64,000 bases of DNA, from contig JBDKSP010000077.1 of assembly GCA_039680575.1 (NCBI GenBank), forward strand, positions 29,448-93,447, read 5' to 3'. The stretch's first letter is position 1. Each line of letters begins with the position of its first letter. Positions 9,286-19,500 of this stretch are shown one piece after another. This DNA is from Armatimonadota bacterium (GTDB lineage: Bacteria > Armatimonadota > UBA5829 > DTLH01). Below the pieces are notes generated by a model that did not search any database, had not been told where the DNA came from, and was given only the letters and a program-made list of their open reading frames with translations. Position numbers and translations under genes: made by a program.

Positions 9286-10146
9286 TTAGGGCTTCACCAC
9301 GATCTTCGCGAGAATCTCCGGTCGGGTGATGCCTTGGCCAAGCTCCGACCAGACGAGCCATCCGGTCTTGAAGCGGGTCTTCTGCTCGATTGCCTCCGTC
9401 TTCAGTGACTCCCGGATCGGCATCTTCCCGACCTCGTCATCCGGAACGATAAGGATCTCGTTGATGTCAGCCGACGCCGTGAGAAGAATCCCGCCGGTGC
9501 CGTAGTTCTTGATGACACCCTTCGTGCGCAGCTCGGCTCTCGTCTCCGGGTCGAGGTCCCAGTCCCTCATATCGTTGAAGCGGCGTCCCCGCATCACGAT
9601 GTACTTCACCGAGAGTTCCAGATCCTCAATGATGGAGATGGCCTCGTTAAGAGCCGTGTCAGTGAGCTTGCCACCGGTGACCTCTATTGTGTTCGCCGCC
9701 GGCACTGCCGCCGAGAGCACTGTGAGTGTTCTTCGGTCGATTTCCTTCCGTATCTCGTCGGCTGAGGACGTCTGGATGTCCATCAGGGTCCCGATGTTGC
9801 CGTTCTTCAGGACCGAGACATCAACCATAGGGGTCGAGTGGATCCTGTTTGTCGGGAACTCCACCTCGTCCTGGCCCAGTTCCTGTTCTCTTGCCTCTCC
9901 CTCTGTGCTGATCCAGTAAGCCTTCACCTTCGGCTTCTTCTGGTAGACGGGCCGCTCGCCTTTCGGGAGGGTGTGCTGCGTGAGGAGAAGCGAAGTGATT
10001 TCCTTCCGCTTTATCTCCTGCTCGATGGGTGCCGCTATCGCTGCTGCGAGGGCGCGCATCCCTTCGGGAGACTCCAAGGCCTCGCTCATGAGGCGAGCCA
10101 TTGTCTCCATGTATTCCTGGCTGTGAATGTTTGTCTTGTTCTTCAA
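9286..10146 (-). CDS. Major capsid protein (probable HK97 fold)
   Basis: 286 aa; follows the protease/scaffold and decoration genes; AYWISTEGE motif. Confidence 0.75.
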   Translation of the reverse strand: MKNKTNIHSQEYMETMARLMSEALESPEGMRALAAAIAAPIEQEIKRKEITSLLLTQHTLPKGERPVYQKKPKVKAYWISTEGEAREQELGQDEVEFPTNRIHSTPMVDVSVLKNGNIGTLMDIQTSSADEIRKEIDRRTLTVLSAAVPAANTIEVTGGKLTDTALNEAISIIEDLELSVKYIVMRGRRFNDMRDWDLDPETRAELRTKGVIKNYGTGGILLTASADINEILIVPDDEVGKMPIRESLKTEAIEQKTRFKTGWLVWSELGQGITRPEILAKIVVKP

Positions 10147-10156
10147 GCGCTCCCTC

Positions 10157-10519
10157 CTATATCAAGAGCAGAAACTTCAGCGTCCCGCTTGCCGAGGATA
10201 TGGCGCGGGCCACGACTACGTCGCCTACACCGGCACCGGCAGTAAGCTTTCCCGCAGCAGATACCTTCAGGTCGTCCCCGGCGTTGATGACGCCTTCAAA
10301 GACGTCGGTTTCATAGATGCCTCCCATGCAGAAGATTCCGGGCATGTCGCCTGCCTTGTAGTCCTTGATGAGGATGCCGAAGCTCTTCGCGGTCGGATCG
10401 GTGTTAACGGCAAAGAGGTCGTTTCCGGCAAGCTTCACGAACTGGCCGCACGACCCCGCGCCCTGCATGTAGCCGTCGCCATAGGCGAGGCCGCGATGGT
10501 TAGGATTGAGATATGCCAA
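10157..10519 (-). CDS. Capsid decoration/cement protein
   Basis: Gly-rich 120 aa (AGDDLKVSAAGKL) between scaffold and capsid genes. Confidence 0.6.
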   Translation of the reverse strand: MAYLNPNHRGLAYGDGYMQGAGSCGQFVKLAGNDLFAVNTDPTAKSFGILIKDYKAGDMPGIFCMGGIYETDVFEGVINAGDDLKVSAAGKLTAGAGVGDVVVARAISSASGTLKFLLLI

Positions 10520-10536
10520 CTCTTGGTCCTTCCTTT

Positions 10537-13500
10537 CTAGTTCTCGGAGTGGTCCCCGACGCGTTCGCGGTACGCAGTCATGAAGCCGTCGCGGAGCTTG
10601 TCCTCAAGGCTCATCTTCCTGTCGTCCACGTCCGCAGGCCGTACACCAGCCGCAGTCCTCATGGGCGGCGCAGAAGACGCGGACGCGTTCGGCTTCTCTG
10701 CTGATCCCTTGTCCTCAGACTTTTCGGAGCAGCCGCATCCGGACTTCGTCTGGATGGCCCGCTCATACGCGGCTTCCGTCGCGGCGAAGGCATCGTCGGA
10801 AAGCTCCGCGAGTCTCCCAAGCTCCTTCTCCCGCTCATCGTCGGACGCAAACGGCATGCCGGACTTCTCGAGCTTTACGATGAGCTTGCCTGCGCGGGTC
10901 TTGTTGGCAGCAGCCTTGCTTTCCGCTTGGAGGTCCTGGACCTGCTTCTGGAGGTCGAGAACCTGCTGTTTCAGGTCCTTGTTCTCCGCCTCAAGCTCCC
11001 TTATGCGGGCCTTGTCGTCTACTGGGGGTGCGCCGCCTCCACCTGGTGGTGCGGCTTTCTTGGCAGCATCCTCGTGCTGCTCATCAGTCTTCTCTTTCTC
11101 TTTATCTTCCAATGAGTCGCCTCCTGAAGGTGATTGATCGGTCTGCCTCTCTGAGGCGACCTGAGTGATACGTGCGTTTTCGTCCGCCCCTTTTCGGTCG
11201 AGGAGTCCGAGGCCGGTGAACGTGACTCCGTGCAGGATCTCAAAGACCGGCTTCCCTTGATACTCCGCGCCTTTGAACTTCCGAAGGTGTACGCAGTAGT
11301 CGTTCTTGTTTGAGACGGTCTTCCCGCAGATGGAGCACTCACCGGCCTCGTAGTCGCACTCCATGGAAACCTGGGCGATGATGCCGCGTTTCATGAGCTT
11401 GTAGGCGAGCGCGGCTGTAGGGGAGTCGGCCGTATATAGCTCGCCTGCGCACTCGACGCGTCCACCGGTCTCGTCCTCCACGAACTCGGAGGAGACGATC
11501 CCGCCTACGATGTCCGTGAGGTCCTGGGAGTGCTTGAGGTCAATCTTCTTGTTGATAGCCGTCGTGTAGCGGGCCGCAAGTTCGTCGGGAGTGAAATGGT
11601 CCCCGTTCCTGTTGGTCCCGGCCCGGCACATGATGAACGCAAACTGCGGATCTGCGGCGTTCTGGTTAAGATCAATAGCCGACGCCGAAAGCGCACTGCC
11701 CGAGAGAGCAACATCCACCGGAATGGATGTATGGCAGTTGGCGGCAAGCGAAGCCGCAGCCGATTTGGGAGCCGACCTTCCGCCGGATGCTATGAAGAGC
11801 AACTCGCGGGCGTTCTTTCCGCCGCCTCCGTCACCGGAGACGATGTTATACTCGATGTCCATTCCCTTGATCCGCACCTGCCCGAAGCGATCCGCGAAGA
11901 TATCGTGGATCTCCTTCTCCGTCGGGTACGCTCTGTCACGGTAGGACATGATGACGGTCTTGTACTTGCCGTGCGACTCGGAGGCGAGGCTGTCGATAAG
12001 GGAGTGCATACTTTCCTTGTCGTAAGCAGTTCTCGACTTGTAGCTTCGCCTGCCGTCATCGAGGAGTTCCTTATCCGCCCAGCAGTTCATAAGCCCCTCG
12101 ATGAAGTGCATCGCGCCTTCATAGTCGTTGCTGTTGAACTCCGTTACGTACGGAGGGTCGAGATACAGCACGTCCGCGCCGAACTTTCTAACCGCTTCAA
12201 CAGCGTCACCCCGATAGGCCTTGCACTCCACACCACTGTCGAACACGAGCCTGTTCAGCTGGCTTGCGTAACGCTTGAAGCTCTCGACCATCCTGGAGAC
12301 GGGCACGTTCTTAAGCTGGCTTTCCTGGAGACCCGCCATAGCGTCAAGGTCTGCTCTCGTGTTGCGCTTCGAGCGGTGGAACTGCCCGAATGCGCTTTTG
12401 GCCTTCACCGTGTTGCCGAGAGCCGCCAGGGCGAGGTCCTTCTTGTAGCCGGAGAGCTTCTGGATGTTCGCCCAGACCTGGTCCAGCCAGAAGAGGACCT
12501 TCTTCGTGTAGTAGTAGCCGTAGAAGTTGTCGACGATGAAGGTACCGGCATCCGGATTTGGAGCCAGTATCCGCTCAATATCTTCATCCGAGAGCGTCTC
12601 ATGCGAGTTCTCCACGACAGCTCGGGCAACGTGGTATGGAAAGAGCAGAAGGTCGTTCGCAATGACCTTCATGCCCCTGCGCTTCATGTGGTAAGCCACG
12701 TTCGCCCCGCCGGAGAATGCATCGAGGAACGTCTTCGCGTCCTTCGGCACTTGCCGCTCGATCCAGCCGAGCATCATATACTTGTTGCCCATGAACCCCG
12801 TGACCCGGACCGGGTCCATCCCAGCCTGGCATGAGAGTAGATCGAGGTCATCACCATACGGCGCATCAGCGAGTGCAGCCATGTTCTCTTCTATGCGCGC
12901 AGTGACCTCGGGTGAACAGTCGTCTTCATCATCGGCCTGCGCCGATCGTCCGGATTTCGTGCAAACGAAAAGCCGCTCCATGGCGACTGAGTTCTCGGAA
13001 TGCTTAGATGAGATATGGTACTTGTGCTCCATCGACTGCATCCGGCTCTCTTTGCCGTTTGCAGAGATGATGTCTTTCATCTCCGACTCGTTCGGGTAGG
13101 CGTGGTCGCGGTAGGAGATGAGCCAGTTCGGGATGTGCTTGGCGCTTGTGAGAAACGTCGTGAAGAACTCACCGGCATTTGCCTTGGTGACCGTCTTATG
13201 GTCCGTCTCGTAGTGATGGGTCTTTGAGTCCGAGACGATCTTCAGGCCGTCCCAATAGGTCATCAGACCCTCGACGAAATGATAGCTCTTCTCGTAGTTC
13301 GTCGTCGAAAACTCGGTCGCGTAAGGCGGGTCGAAGTAGGCGAGGTCCACTTTTGCCGCCGGAAGCGCCTCGTTGATGTCTTTGTTCTCTGCCTTGCACT
13401 CCTTACCGGAGTCAAAGATGAGCGCGTTGATGCGGGCGATATTGTCCGCAAACCGCTCCTTGAACTCCTCGGGCGTGTCCTGGCGCTTCCCGTAGTCTGT

Positions 13501-14076
13501 GGATGAGGAAAAGTGGCCGAAGCCGCCCTTGCCGGACATGCAGGTCTTCCCGAGAGCGAAGAGAGCGATGTCCTTCTTGTACCCCTCGAGGTTATCAGCG
13601 TTTGCCCTAATCTGATCGATGACGCCGTGCACTCCCTTGGCGAAGAAAATCCCTTTGAAGTTGTCACGGACAAAGGTCCCAGCCTTTGGATTATCCGCAA
13701 GGAGTGCCGAGAGTTCATCTTCAGATATCCGGACATTCTTGTTCTCTACGATGGCCCGGGCAGCGTGGTAGCTGTAGCGAAGCCTATCGTTGGCGATGAC
13801 CGAGAGACCCTTGGTCTTGTACATATAGGCGACGACCCCGGAGCCTGAGAATGCATCGATAACCGAATCCACTCCCTCAGGAGTGTGCTTCCAGATCCAG
13901 TCGATTAGCTTCTGCTTACTTCCGATATAGTTGGTTATGTATTTCGGACGCTTGTCTTCCGGCAGCTCCTCCGTGACAAGCTCTGCGCCCTCGGCAACAA
14001 GCTCGTCGAGGCGGCGGGACGCGTCTGTCTCAAGAAGAAATGCCAGCCGGTCGCGGTCCGTGACAAATAGCTGCAT
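10537..14076 (-). CDS. Tandem D12-class (Dam/FokI-like) DNA adenine methyltransferase fused to a prohead protease-like domain and coiled-coil scaffold
   Basis: Two MTase domains (NYIGSK/DAFSGSG/DPPY and FMGNK/DAFSGGA/DPPY), then NRNGD.F...IDLKH...VSMEC...CSIC...C.H...GAD..A.I and a heptad-rich acidic/basic tail. Confidence 0.8.
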   Translation of the reverse strand: MQLFVTDRDRLAFLLETDASRRLDELVAEGAELVTEELPEDKRPKYITNYIGSKQKLIDWIWKHTPEGVDSVIDAFSGSGVVAYMYKTKGLSVIANDRLRYSYHAARAIVENKNVRISEDELSALLADNPKAGTFVRDNFKGIFFAKGVHGVIDQIRANADNLEGYKKDIALFALGKTCMSGKGGFGHFSSSTDYGKRQDTPEEFKERFADNIARINALIFDSGKECKAENKDINEALPAAKVDLAYFDPPYATEFSTTNYEKSYHFVEGLMTYWDGLKIVSDSKTHHYETDHKTVTKANAGEFFTTFLTSAKHIPNWLISYRDHAYPNESEMKDIISANGKESRMQSMEHKYHISSKHSENSVAMERLFVCTKSGRSAQADDEDDCSPEVTARIEENMAALADAPYGDDLDLLSCQAGMDPVRVTGFMGNKYMMLGWIERQVPKDAKTFLDAFSGGANVAYHMKRRGMKVIANDLLLFPYHVARAVVENSHETLSDEDIERILAPNPDAGTFIVDNFYGYYYTKKVLFWLDQVWANIQKLSGYKKDLALAALGNTVKAKSAFGQFHRSKRNTRADLDAMAGLQESQLKNVPVSRMVESFKRYASQLNRLVFDSGVECKAYRGDAVEAVRKFGADVLYLDPPYVTEFNSNDYEGAMHFIEGLMNCWADKELLDDGRRSYKSRTAYDKESMHSLIDSLASESHGKYKTVIMSYRDRAYPTEKEIHDIFADRFGQVRIKGMDIEYNIVSGDGGGGKNARELLFIASGGRSAPKSAAASLAANCHTSIPVDVALSGSALSASAIDLNQNAADPQFAFIMCRAGTNRNGDHFTPDELAARYTTAINKKIDLKHSQDLTDIVGGIVSSEFVEDETGGRVECAGELYTADSPTAALAYKLMKRGIIAQVSMECDYEAGECSICGKTVSNKNDYCVHLRKFKGAEYQGKPVFEILHGVTFTGLGLLDRKGADENARITQVASERQTDQSPSGGDSLEDKEKEKTDEQHEDAAKKAAPPGGGGAPPVDDKARIRELEAENKDLKQQVLDLQKQVQDLQAESKAAANKTRAGKLIVKLEKSGMPFASDDEREKELGRLAELSDDAFAATEAAYERAIQTKSGCGCSEKSEDKGSAEKPNASASSAPPMRTAAGVRPADVDDRKMSLEDKLRDGFMTAYRERVGDHSEN

Positions 14077-14119
14077 GAATCACTCCGACACTGGTGAGGC
14101 CCACTATATGGCCTTCTAC

Positions 14120-14153
14120 TTGATATGTACTTCTGGAAACCAGGAAGTGTCGG
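14120..14153 (-). promoter_or_regulatory. Putative phage-specific promoter, copy 1 (head/tail operon)
   Basis: CCGACA-N15-AAGTACATATCAA, about 44 nt upstream of the 14076 start. Confidence 0.7.
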
Positions 14154-14577
14154 AGGATACCAGACGTGGTCTTTGATCGGAGTTGGGAGGAGCATCCCAG
14201 CCCCTAGAGGGGTCTGGTTCAACCTCCACTATACGCAAAGTTGCTCGACATGCAGTCAGGCGTGGTCTGCCCAAGGACTACCGGATGGCACAACCATTCG
14301 TGGGAATGGACACTTCTTGGGAGTTTACGCGAATGAAAGCTGCGGGCATCGAAACCCAGAAGAAACAGGCAGGCTGGCCCCATTTGTATCTTCCGGCATG
14401 GATAGAAATACCCGCAGATGTCAACAAATGTGGGTGATGCTATCATGCGAACAGTGATGCGGCGTGAAGTGGCGGTCGAGTGCCGGATAAGTGCGCGATT
14501 GAACGCTTACCACAAGAGCCTGCCCCATTGTCCTGACCGCTCCACGCATTCCCACAGTACGCTGTATAATGGCACTG

Positions 14578-15651
14578 ATGGAACGAACACGCATTTACCC
14601 AATCTTGCAGGCTGTTCTGGCCGCGGTTCTGTTTGGCGCAAGCACTCCATTTGCGAAGCTGCTTCTGGGCAGTGTGCATCCACTGGCGTTGGCGGGCTTG
14701 CTGTATCTTGGAAGTGGCATCGGCTCGGCACTACTCATGCTGGCGCGACGCTTGATGCGCCAGAGGGATCAGGCAGAAGCACCTCTGACACGGAGTGACC
14801 TACCGTGGCTTTTTGGAGCCGTCGCCGCAGGAGGAGTGGCTGCACCTATCACACTGATGCTGAGCCTGAAGGTAACAGCTGCCGCGACTGCATCTCTGTT
14901 GCTCAACTTCGAGGGGGTGGCGACAGTCCTCATAGCTGTCTGGTTTCTCCGAGAAGCCGTCGGACGACGTGTCTGGGCGGCCGCAGCGTGCGTCACTGTC
15001 GCAGGTGCATTGCTCTCTGTCGATCTCTCAGGCAGATGGGGTATCTCGCCTGGAGCCATCGGGGTAGTAGTAGCCTGCATCTTCTGGGGAATAGACAACA
15101 ACCTGACGCGCAATATCTCCGCGAAAGACCCTCTCCAGATAGTGGCAGCTAAGGGATTGTCTGCGGGGCTGTTTTCGCTCTCGCTGGCGACAGTGATCGG
15201 ACAGCGACTTCCCACTCTCGGAAGTGCGGTGACGGCCATGCTCCTTGGCTTTGTGAGCTATGGAGCCAGCATTATGCTCTTTGTTCTTGCCTTGCGCGGC
15301 CTGGGGGCGGCGAGGACGAGTTCGTATTTCGGAGCGGCTCCGTTCATAGGTGCCATGCTGTCTTTCGTTCTGTTCAGAATGCTGCCGAATGCTTTCTTTG
15401 CCCTGTCGATCCCGTTCATGGTGGTCGGAGTTGCCCTGCTTCTCACTGAGGAACACGCACACGCACACCAACACCTCGCCATAGAGCATGAGCACCGTCA
15501 TCGACACGATGGGCTGCACCACGCACATTCGCACGAAGAAGAGGTGAGGGCAGAGGAGATCCATTCGCACCGACATCGACACGAAGGGAATCGACATTCA
15601 CATCCTCACGCGCCGGACATTCATCATCGCCATGAGCACGAATCGCCGTAG
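14578..15651 (+). CDS. EamA/DMT family transporter with His-rich C-terminal tail
   Basis: About 10 hydrophobic helices, LFGASTP and WGIDNNLTR motifs, His-rich tail; TATAAT 7 nt before the ATG at 14578 (ORF track start is 14569). Confidence 0.88.
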   Translation: MERTRIYPILQAVLAAVLFGASTPFAKLLLGSVHPLALAGLLYLGSGIGSALLMLARRLMRQRDQAEAPLTRSDLPWLFGAVAAGGVAAPITLMLSLKVTAAATASLLLNFEGVATVLIAVWFLREAVGRRVWAAAACVTVAGALLSVDLSGRWGISPGAIGVVVACIFWGIDNNLTRNISAKDPLQIVAAKGLSAGLFSLSLATVIGQRLPTLGSAVTAMLLGFVSYGASIMLFVLALRGLGAARTSSYFGAAPFIGAMLSFVLFRMLPNAFFALSIPFMVVGVALLLTEEHAHAHQHLAIEHEHRHRHDGLHHAHSHEEEVRAEEIHSHRHRHEGNRHSHPHAPDIHHRHEHESP

Positions 15652-15696
15652 CGTTAGCCAGGCCGCTTACCGCCTGCCAGATGGGCATGTGTCGGT

Positions 15697-16032
15697 TCAT
15701 TGACGCCCAAGGCCAGCAAGCACTCTCGTCGCGCACTCTTCCGCCGTGACAAACTCCTCAGTTTCTGAAATCTCCCCGCACATCCCGCGATACGGCGACA
15801 TCGCCGCCCGGTGATACTCCGGGAAGTCCTCCGGCAGACTCTTGACGCCGTTCTCCACCAGCCGGTTGATGACCCAGTCTGCTTCTTCCTGAGCGTCATC
15901 ATTCCCCGGCAGATACTCCATCAGGATATCGAGCCCCGGCCCGGGCCCCTGCACCCAGACGCCGATTGGCTCATAGTGCGGGCTGGTGTCTCGATCCCGA
16001 AGAGCATATTCAACCATATATCTCAGCTTCAT
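15697..16032 (-). CDS. Hypothetical protein, candidate immunity protein 2
   Basis: ATGA-coupled to the upstream gene; start MKLRYMVEY. Confidence 0.6.
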   Translation of the reverse strand: MKLRYMVEYALRDRDTSPHYEPIGVWVQGPGPGLDILMEYLPGNDDAQEEADWVINRLVENGVKSLPEDFPEYHRAAMSPYRGMCGEISETEEFVTAEECATRVLAGLGRQ

Positions 16033-16505
16033 TCCCACGTCTCCGCTATCCGCACGTGCTCCTCCATAAGCTCTAGGTCTATCTCCTCGAACATCTGCTG
16101 GTTCGCTGCCTTGTAGCTCTGCCAAGTCCTCCAATCCAACACCATGTCGTGCTCTGAAACATCCATGATGAGTTCGATGTGGAACCTGCGGCCCCGGTCA
16201 TCAGTCAGATCGAGGAGGTAGGTATCATCCCGGCTCCAAGCGACGACCTTTATCGTGTGGGAATACTGCCAGCCGTTGTGGTAGCCCGCGGACTTGAAGA
16301 GGAGCCAGAAGTCGATCTTGGTCACGTTGCCCGAACTATCGAAATGTGGCGAAACTCGTGTAACGATGTAGCTGTCGATTAGGCCAAACTCAAGCGGTTC
16401 GTCTCTACCTTCCCGCATATCCATCCAGGAGCCGTCCCTGTTGAACGCATCAAAGAGCGACTGTAGCTTTGCTTTTTCCTCTGCTATGAAGTCTTTCATC
16501 ATCAC
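16029..16505 (-). CDS. Hypothetical protein, candidate immunity protein 1
   Basis: Acidic 158 aa; overlaps the stop of the MuF gene. Confidence 0.65.
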   Translation of the reverse strand: MMMKDFIAEEKAKLQSLFDAFNRDGSWMDMREGRDEPLEFGLIDSYIVTRVSPHFDSSGNVTKIDFWLLFKSAGYHNGWQYSHTIKVVAWSRDDTYLLDLTDDRGRRFHIELIMDVSEHDMVLDWRTWQSYKAANQQMFEEIDLELMEEHVRIAETWE

Positions 16506-19500
16506 CTCGTAAGGACTACTTCCTCAACCTTGCGTCCATCCGGCAGCACCGATACCCCGTGCTTTCTGAACACGTCGAGGACGCTTCTTCTCTCACTCTC
16601 GCTCCCGACAACGATGTGCTCCACGTTATCGAGGAGAGTCACTGAGTACTTGAGGATGGTCTCGTTGCTCGAGTTGCGGGAGAAGTCCTTCCAGGACCTG
16701 GGATCGGAACCACGGTGCTGGACCACATAGTCGTCCTTCACCTTGCCGAAAGCATCGTGGTCGTAGCTTATCGCGTCCATTCGCCTAAGGAGCCGCTTCT
16801 TGAAGTAGATGCCTGTGTTTCTGTCTCCGCCAGAGACGGGCGACTTCCTGATCCTGGTGAAGACATAGGTCGCGCCGCCGCTATTCATATCCTCCTCCGG
16901 CGACATCCCTCCAGGAGCCACACCAGACCGCAGTTTCTCAACCGTGCTTATCATCGCGCCGTTGTTCTCTAACGCCGTATCGATGAAGGAACTCATGGAG
17001 TTGCCGTTGGTAAGACTATGGTATAGGGTGTAGCCTTTCATCTCCTTCTCAAGGTCCGCGTCGGAGAGATCGAAACGATACTGGTGCCGGTAGCCGCCGG
17101 CGAGCGACTTGTCCTTGAACCCGAGCTGATACTCACCTACGGGGTCATAACCAGACATCCGTGTGATGTCGGACACACCAAGCCGCTTCTCCCAGTACGA
17201 CCGCATCGCCTGGACCCGCTCGGGCTTACTCGCTCCCCGCTGGTCGAGCCCTGAGAGCATCTGGGCGTAATCATTCTCACGGTCGGCTTTGCTTAGATAC
17301 GCCTGTTTCGTCAGATACATCAGCTCTGCATCCTCGGAGGTGGCGACGTTCGCTTTCAGCCCGAGCTTCTCCACGTGCTGAAGCGCCCGGTCCAGGCTCT
17401 TCGGATCGGGGCGCTCCGGGACGACCAGCTCAAACTCGCCCTGCTGGGCGTAGTGGTTCTTGTCAGACCAGGGACGATACACCGCCCGGACACCGTCACC
17501 GAAGTCTATCTCATACTGCTCGCCTGCCTTCATCGTGCGGCCCCGGAAAAAGGATGTGTTGTTGGCGTCCTCCCGTTCGACCGACAACTCGCCTTTCTTC
17601 AGGGCGCGCTTGGTCAAAAGCACCTTGCTCTTGCGGACCGTGAAGTCGACCTTCGCCTCCTTCTTCTTCGGAGAAGCGTGCTTCTTCAGATACGCCGAGA
17701 ACATCTCGGGGATCGGCTTTCTCTCCTTTGCAGCCTGCTTAACCTGCTCTATCCAGCCGATGTAACTCTCTGCCATCTCGCGCACGTCCGGGTCCGCCGA
17801 CTTCGCAAGCTCTCGAAGAGCGTCCAAGTGCTTTGCGGCTCTATCGATGGTGGACTGGTTGTAAGCACCGTCTCCTGCGTGGTGGTTGATGGTCTTCACC
17901 GCACCGAGGATATCGTCCGAGAAGGAATCCTCGGGAAGCGTCTGCCCGACCTTCGTTGCCGTCACCTGCCGATCCGCTTTCCTAAGCTGCGGCAGGATCT
18001 TCGACTCTGCTTCGGGTCGGACTTTCATCTTGATCACGGTCCGGGTCTGCCCGTTCAGAGTTTCCGTGAAGATGAGCGCGTTCTGGTCCTCGATATCGCT
18101 CTCGTCAATCGGGAGAGCCTTCCCTTGCCATCCCAGCACCCGTGCCTCCTCGATAATCTGCTCCTCTGCCTTCCCAATCCGGTCCACTGCTTGCGGTTCG
18201 ACTGCATCCTCAAATCGGAAGCCAGGCTTCTTCAGGATGTCCGCATAGAAGCCCTCGAAGTTGCTTCTCAGGCTGTGCTTCCTTGCGATGGCCAGATCAT
18301 AGAAGGCCTTCTGCTGTGCCGCATTTCCCTTGAACCTGCCCTCCACATAAGGTCTAAGTAGCGAGAGGTAATCATCGTCAGATATCCGCTCGACCTCCCG
18401 GATGTAACGCAGCGTCACCGAGGGATCGACCTTTACCTTACCCTGCTTTGCCGCACGGAAGAGGGTGTTGTAGAACGGCTCACTCTCTCCGCAGGCGGCA
18501 TTCGGGTGGTAGTCTATCGAGAGCTTGTCTGACCCTAAAAACTTGAAAAGCTGTCCCTTGTCGATGCCATAAACGTGGCCGTCTTTCCCTCTGATGAACT
18601 GCTTTGAGTGTCCATCGTGGTTTGAGATGAGCCAGTCGATGACATGCTCCCTCTGGACCTGGGTGATCTCATCCGCTGAAAGCTCCGCGATATCGAAGCT
18701 GGAGAAGTCATACTTCGAGGCAAGGTCGGTGCGCCATTTCTGGATGGAGCCTGTGCGGCTGTTCAGGCTGATGACTCTGACCTCAATAGCGTCAGGGTCA
18801 ATGAGCCTGCCGATTTTGTATGCCGCCTCTTCACCTTGGGCGATGAAGTCATCACTGGTCTTTCCGAGCGGCTTGAACATCCACTTCTCGCCGGCCTCAT
18901 CGATCCAGAACTCTTTCTCATGCGCGCCGCCGACACTTGCCTTGCCGTCAAACTTGAACTGCTCAGGCTTACCGGTGGCTCCCCAGGCGACGTCCACTGA
19001 CTCGAACTCCGAACCCTTCTTCGCAAATGTGTTCGAAGAGGCGACCGTGACAGGTTGCTGGATGGGCTGTGCTGGCTGAGGCTTGGGTTTGGCGGGTGCT
19101 GCAGTCGGCGTCTTCGCCAGGTGCTTCTCGGCCCATTTCGCGTGCTTTGCCTCAATACCGTCTGTAGCTTTCGAGACCTTTGCCTGGTCGGTCTCCGTGA
19201 AGACAGCCACCAACTCATCCTTTGACGCCCACTGCCAGTGCTTGACCTTCGTCTCTTTCGCCAGCGACTTCAGGTCTCCGACTTTCATCGCCGATATCTG
19301 CTGCTGGAACGCGAGCTTCTTTAGCGCGACTTCTTTCGCGTGCGCCTCAAGGACAGATGCAGGAAGTCCGGAGCCCTTGGCTAGTTCCGTTTCAGCCGAT
19401 TTCACCGAATCTAGGAAACCGGAGTAGCTGGAAGGCGATGATGGCAGCACGACCTGTGCCGTGGCATCCTTCAGTGCTTGCTCGGCCTTCTTCAGGGCCT

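Noticed and set aside
11530..12834. 434-aa plus-strand ORF
   Set aside because: Antisense shadow of the MTase-protease gene, typical of GC-rich coding DNA
14183..14437. 84-aa ORF between the phage promoter and the DMT gene
   Set aside because: No RBS or motif support; possibly a gene remnant
17375..18361. 328-aa plus-strand ORF
   Set aside because: Antisense to the MuF gene; no domain signal
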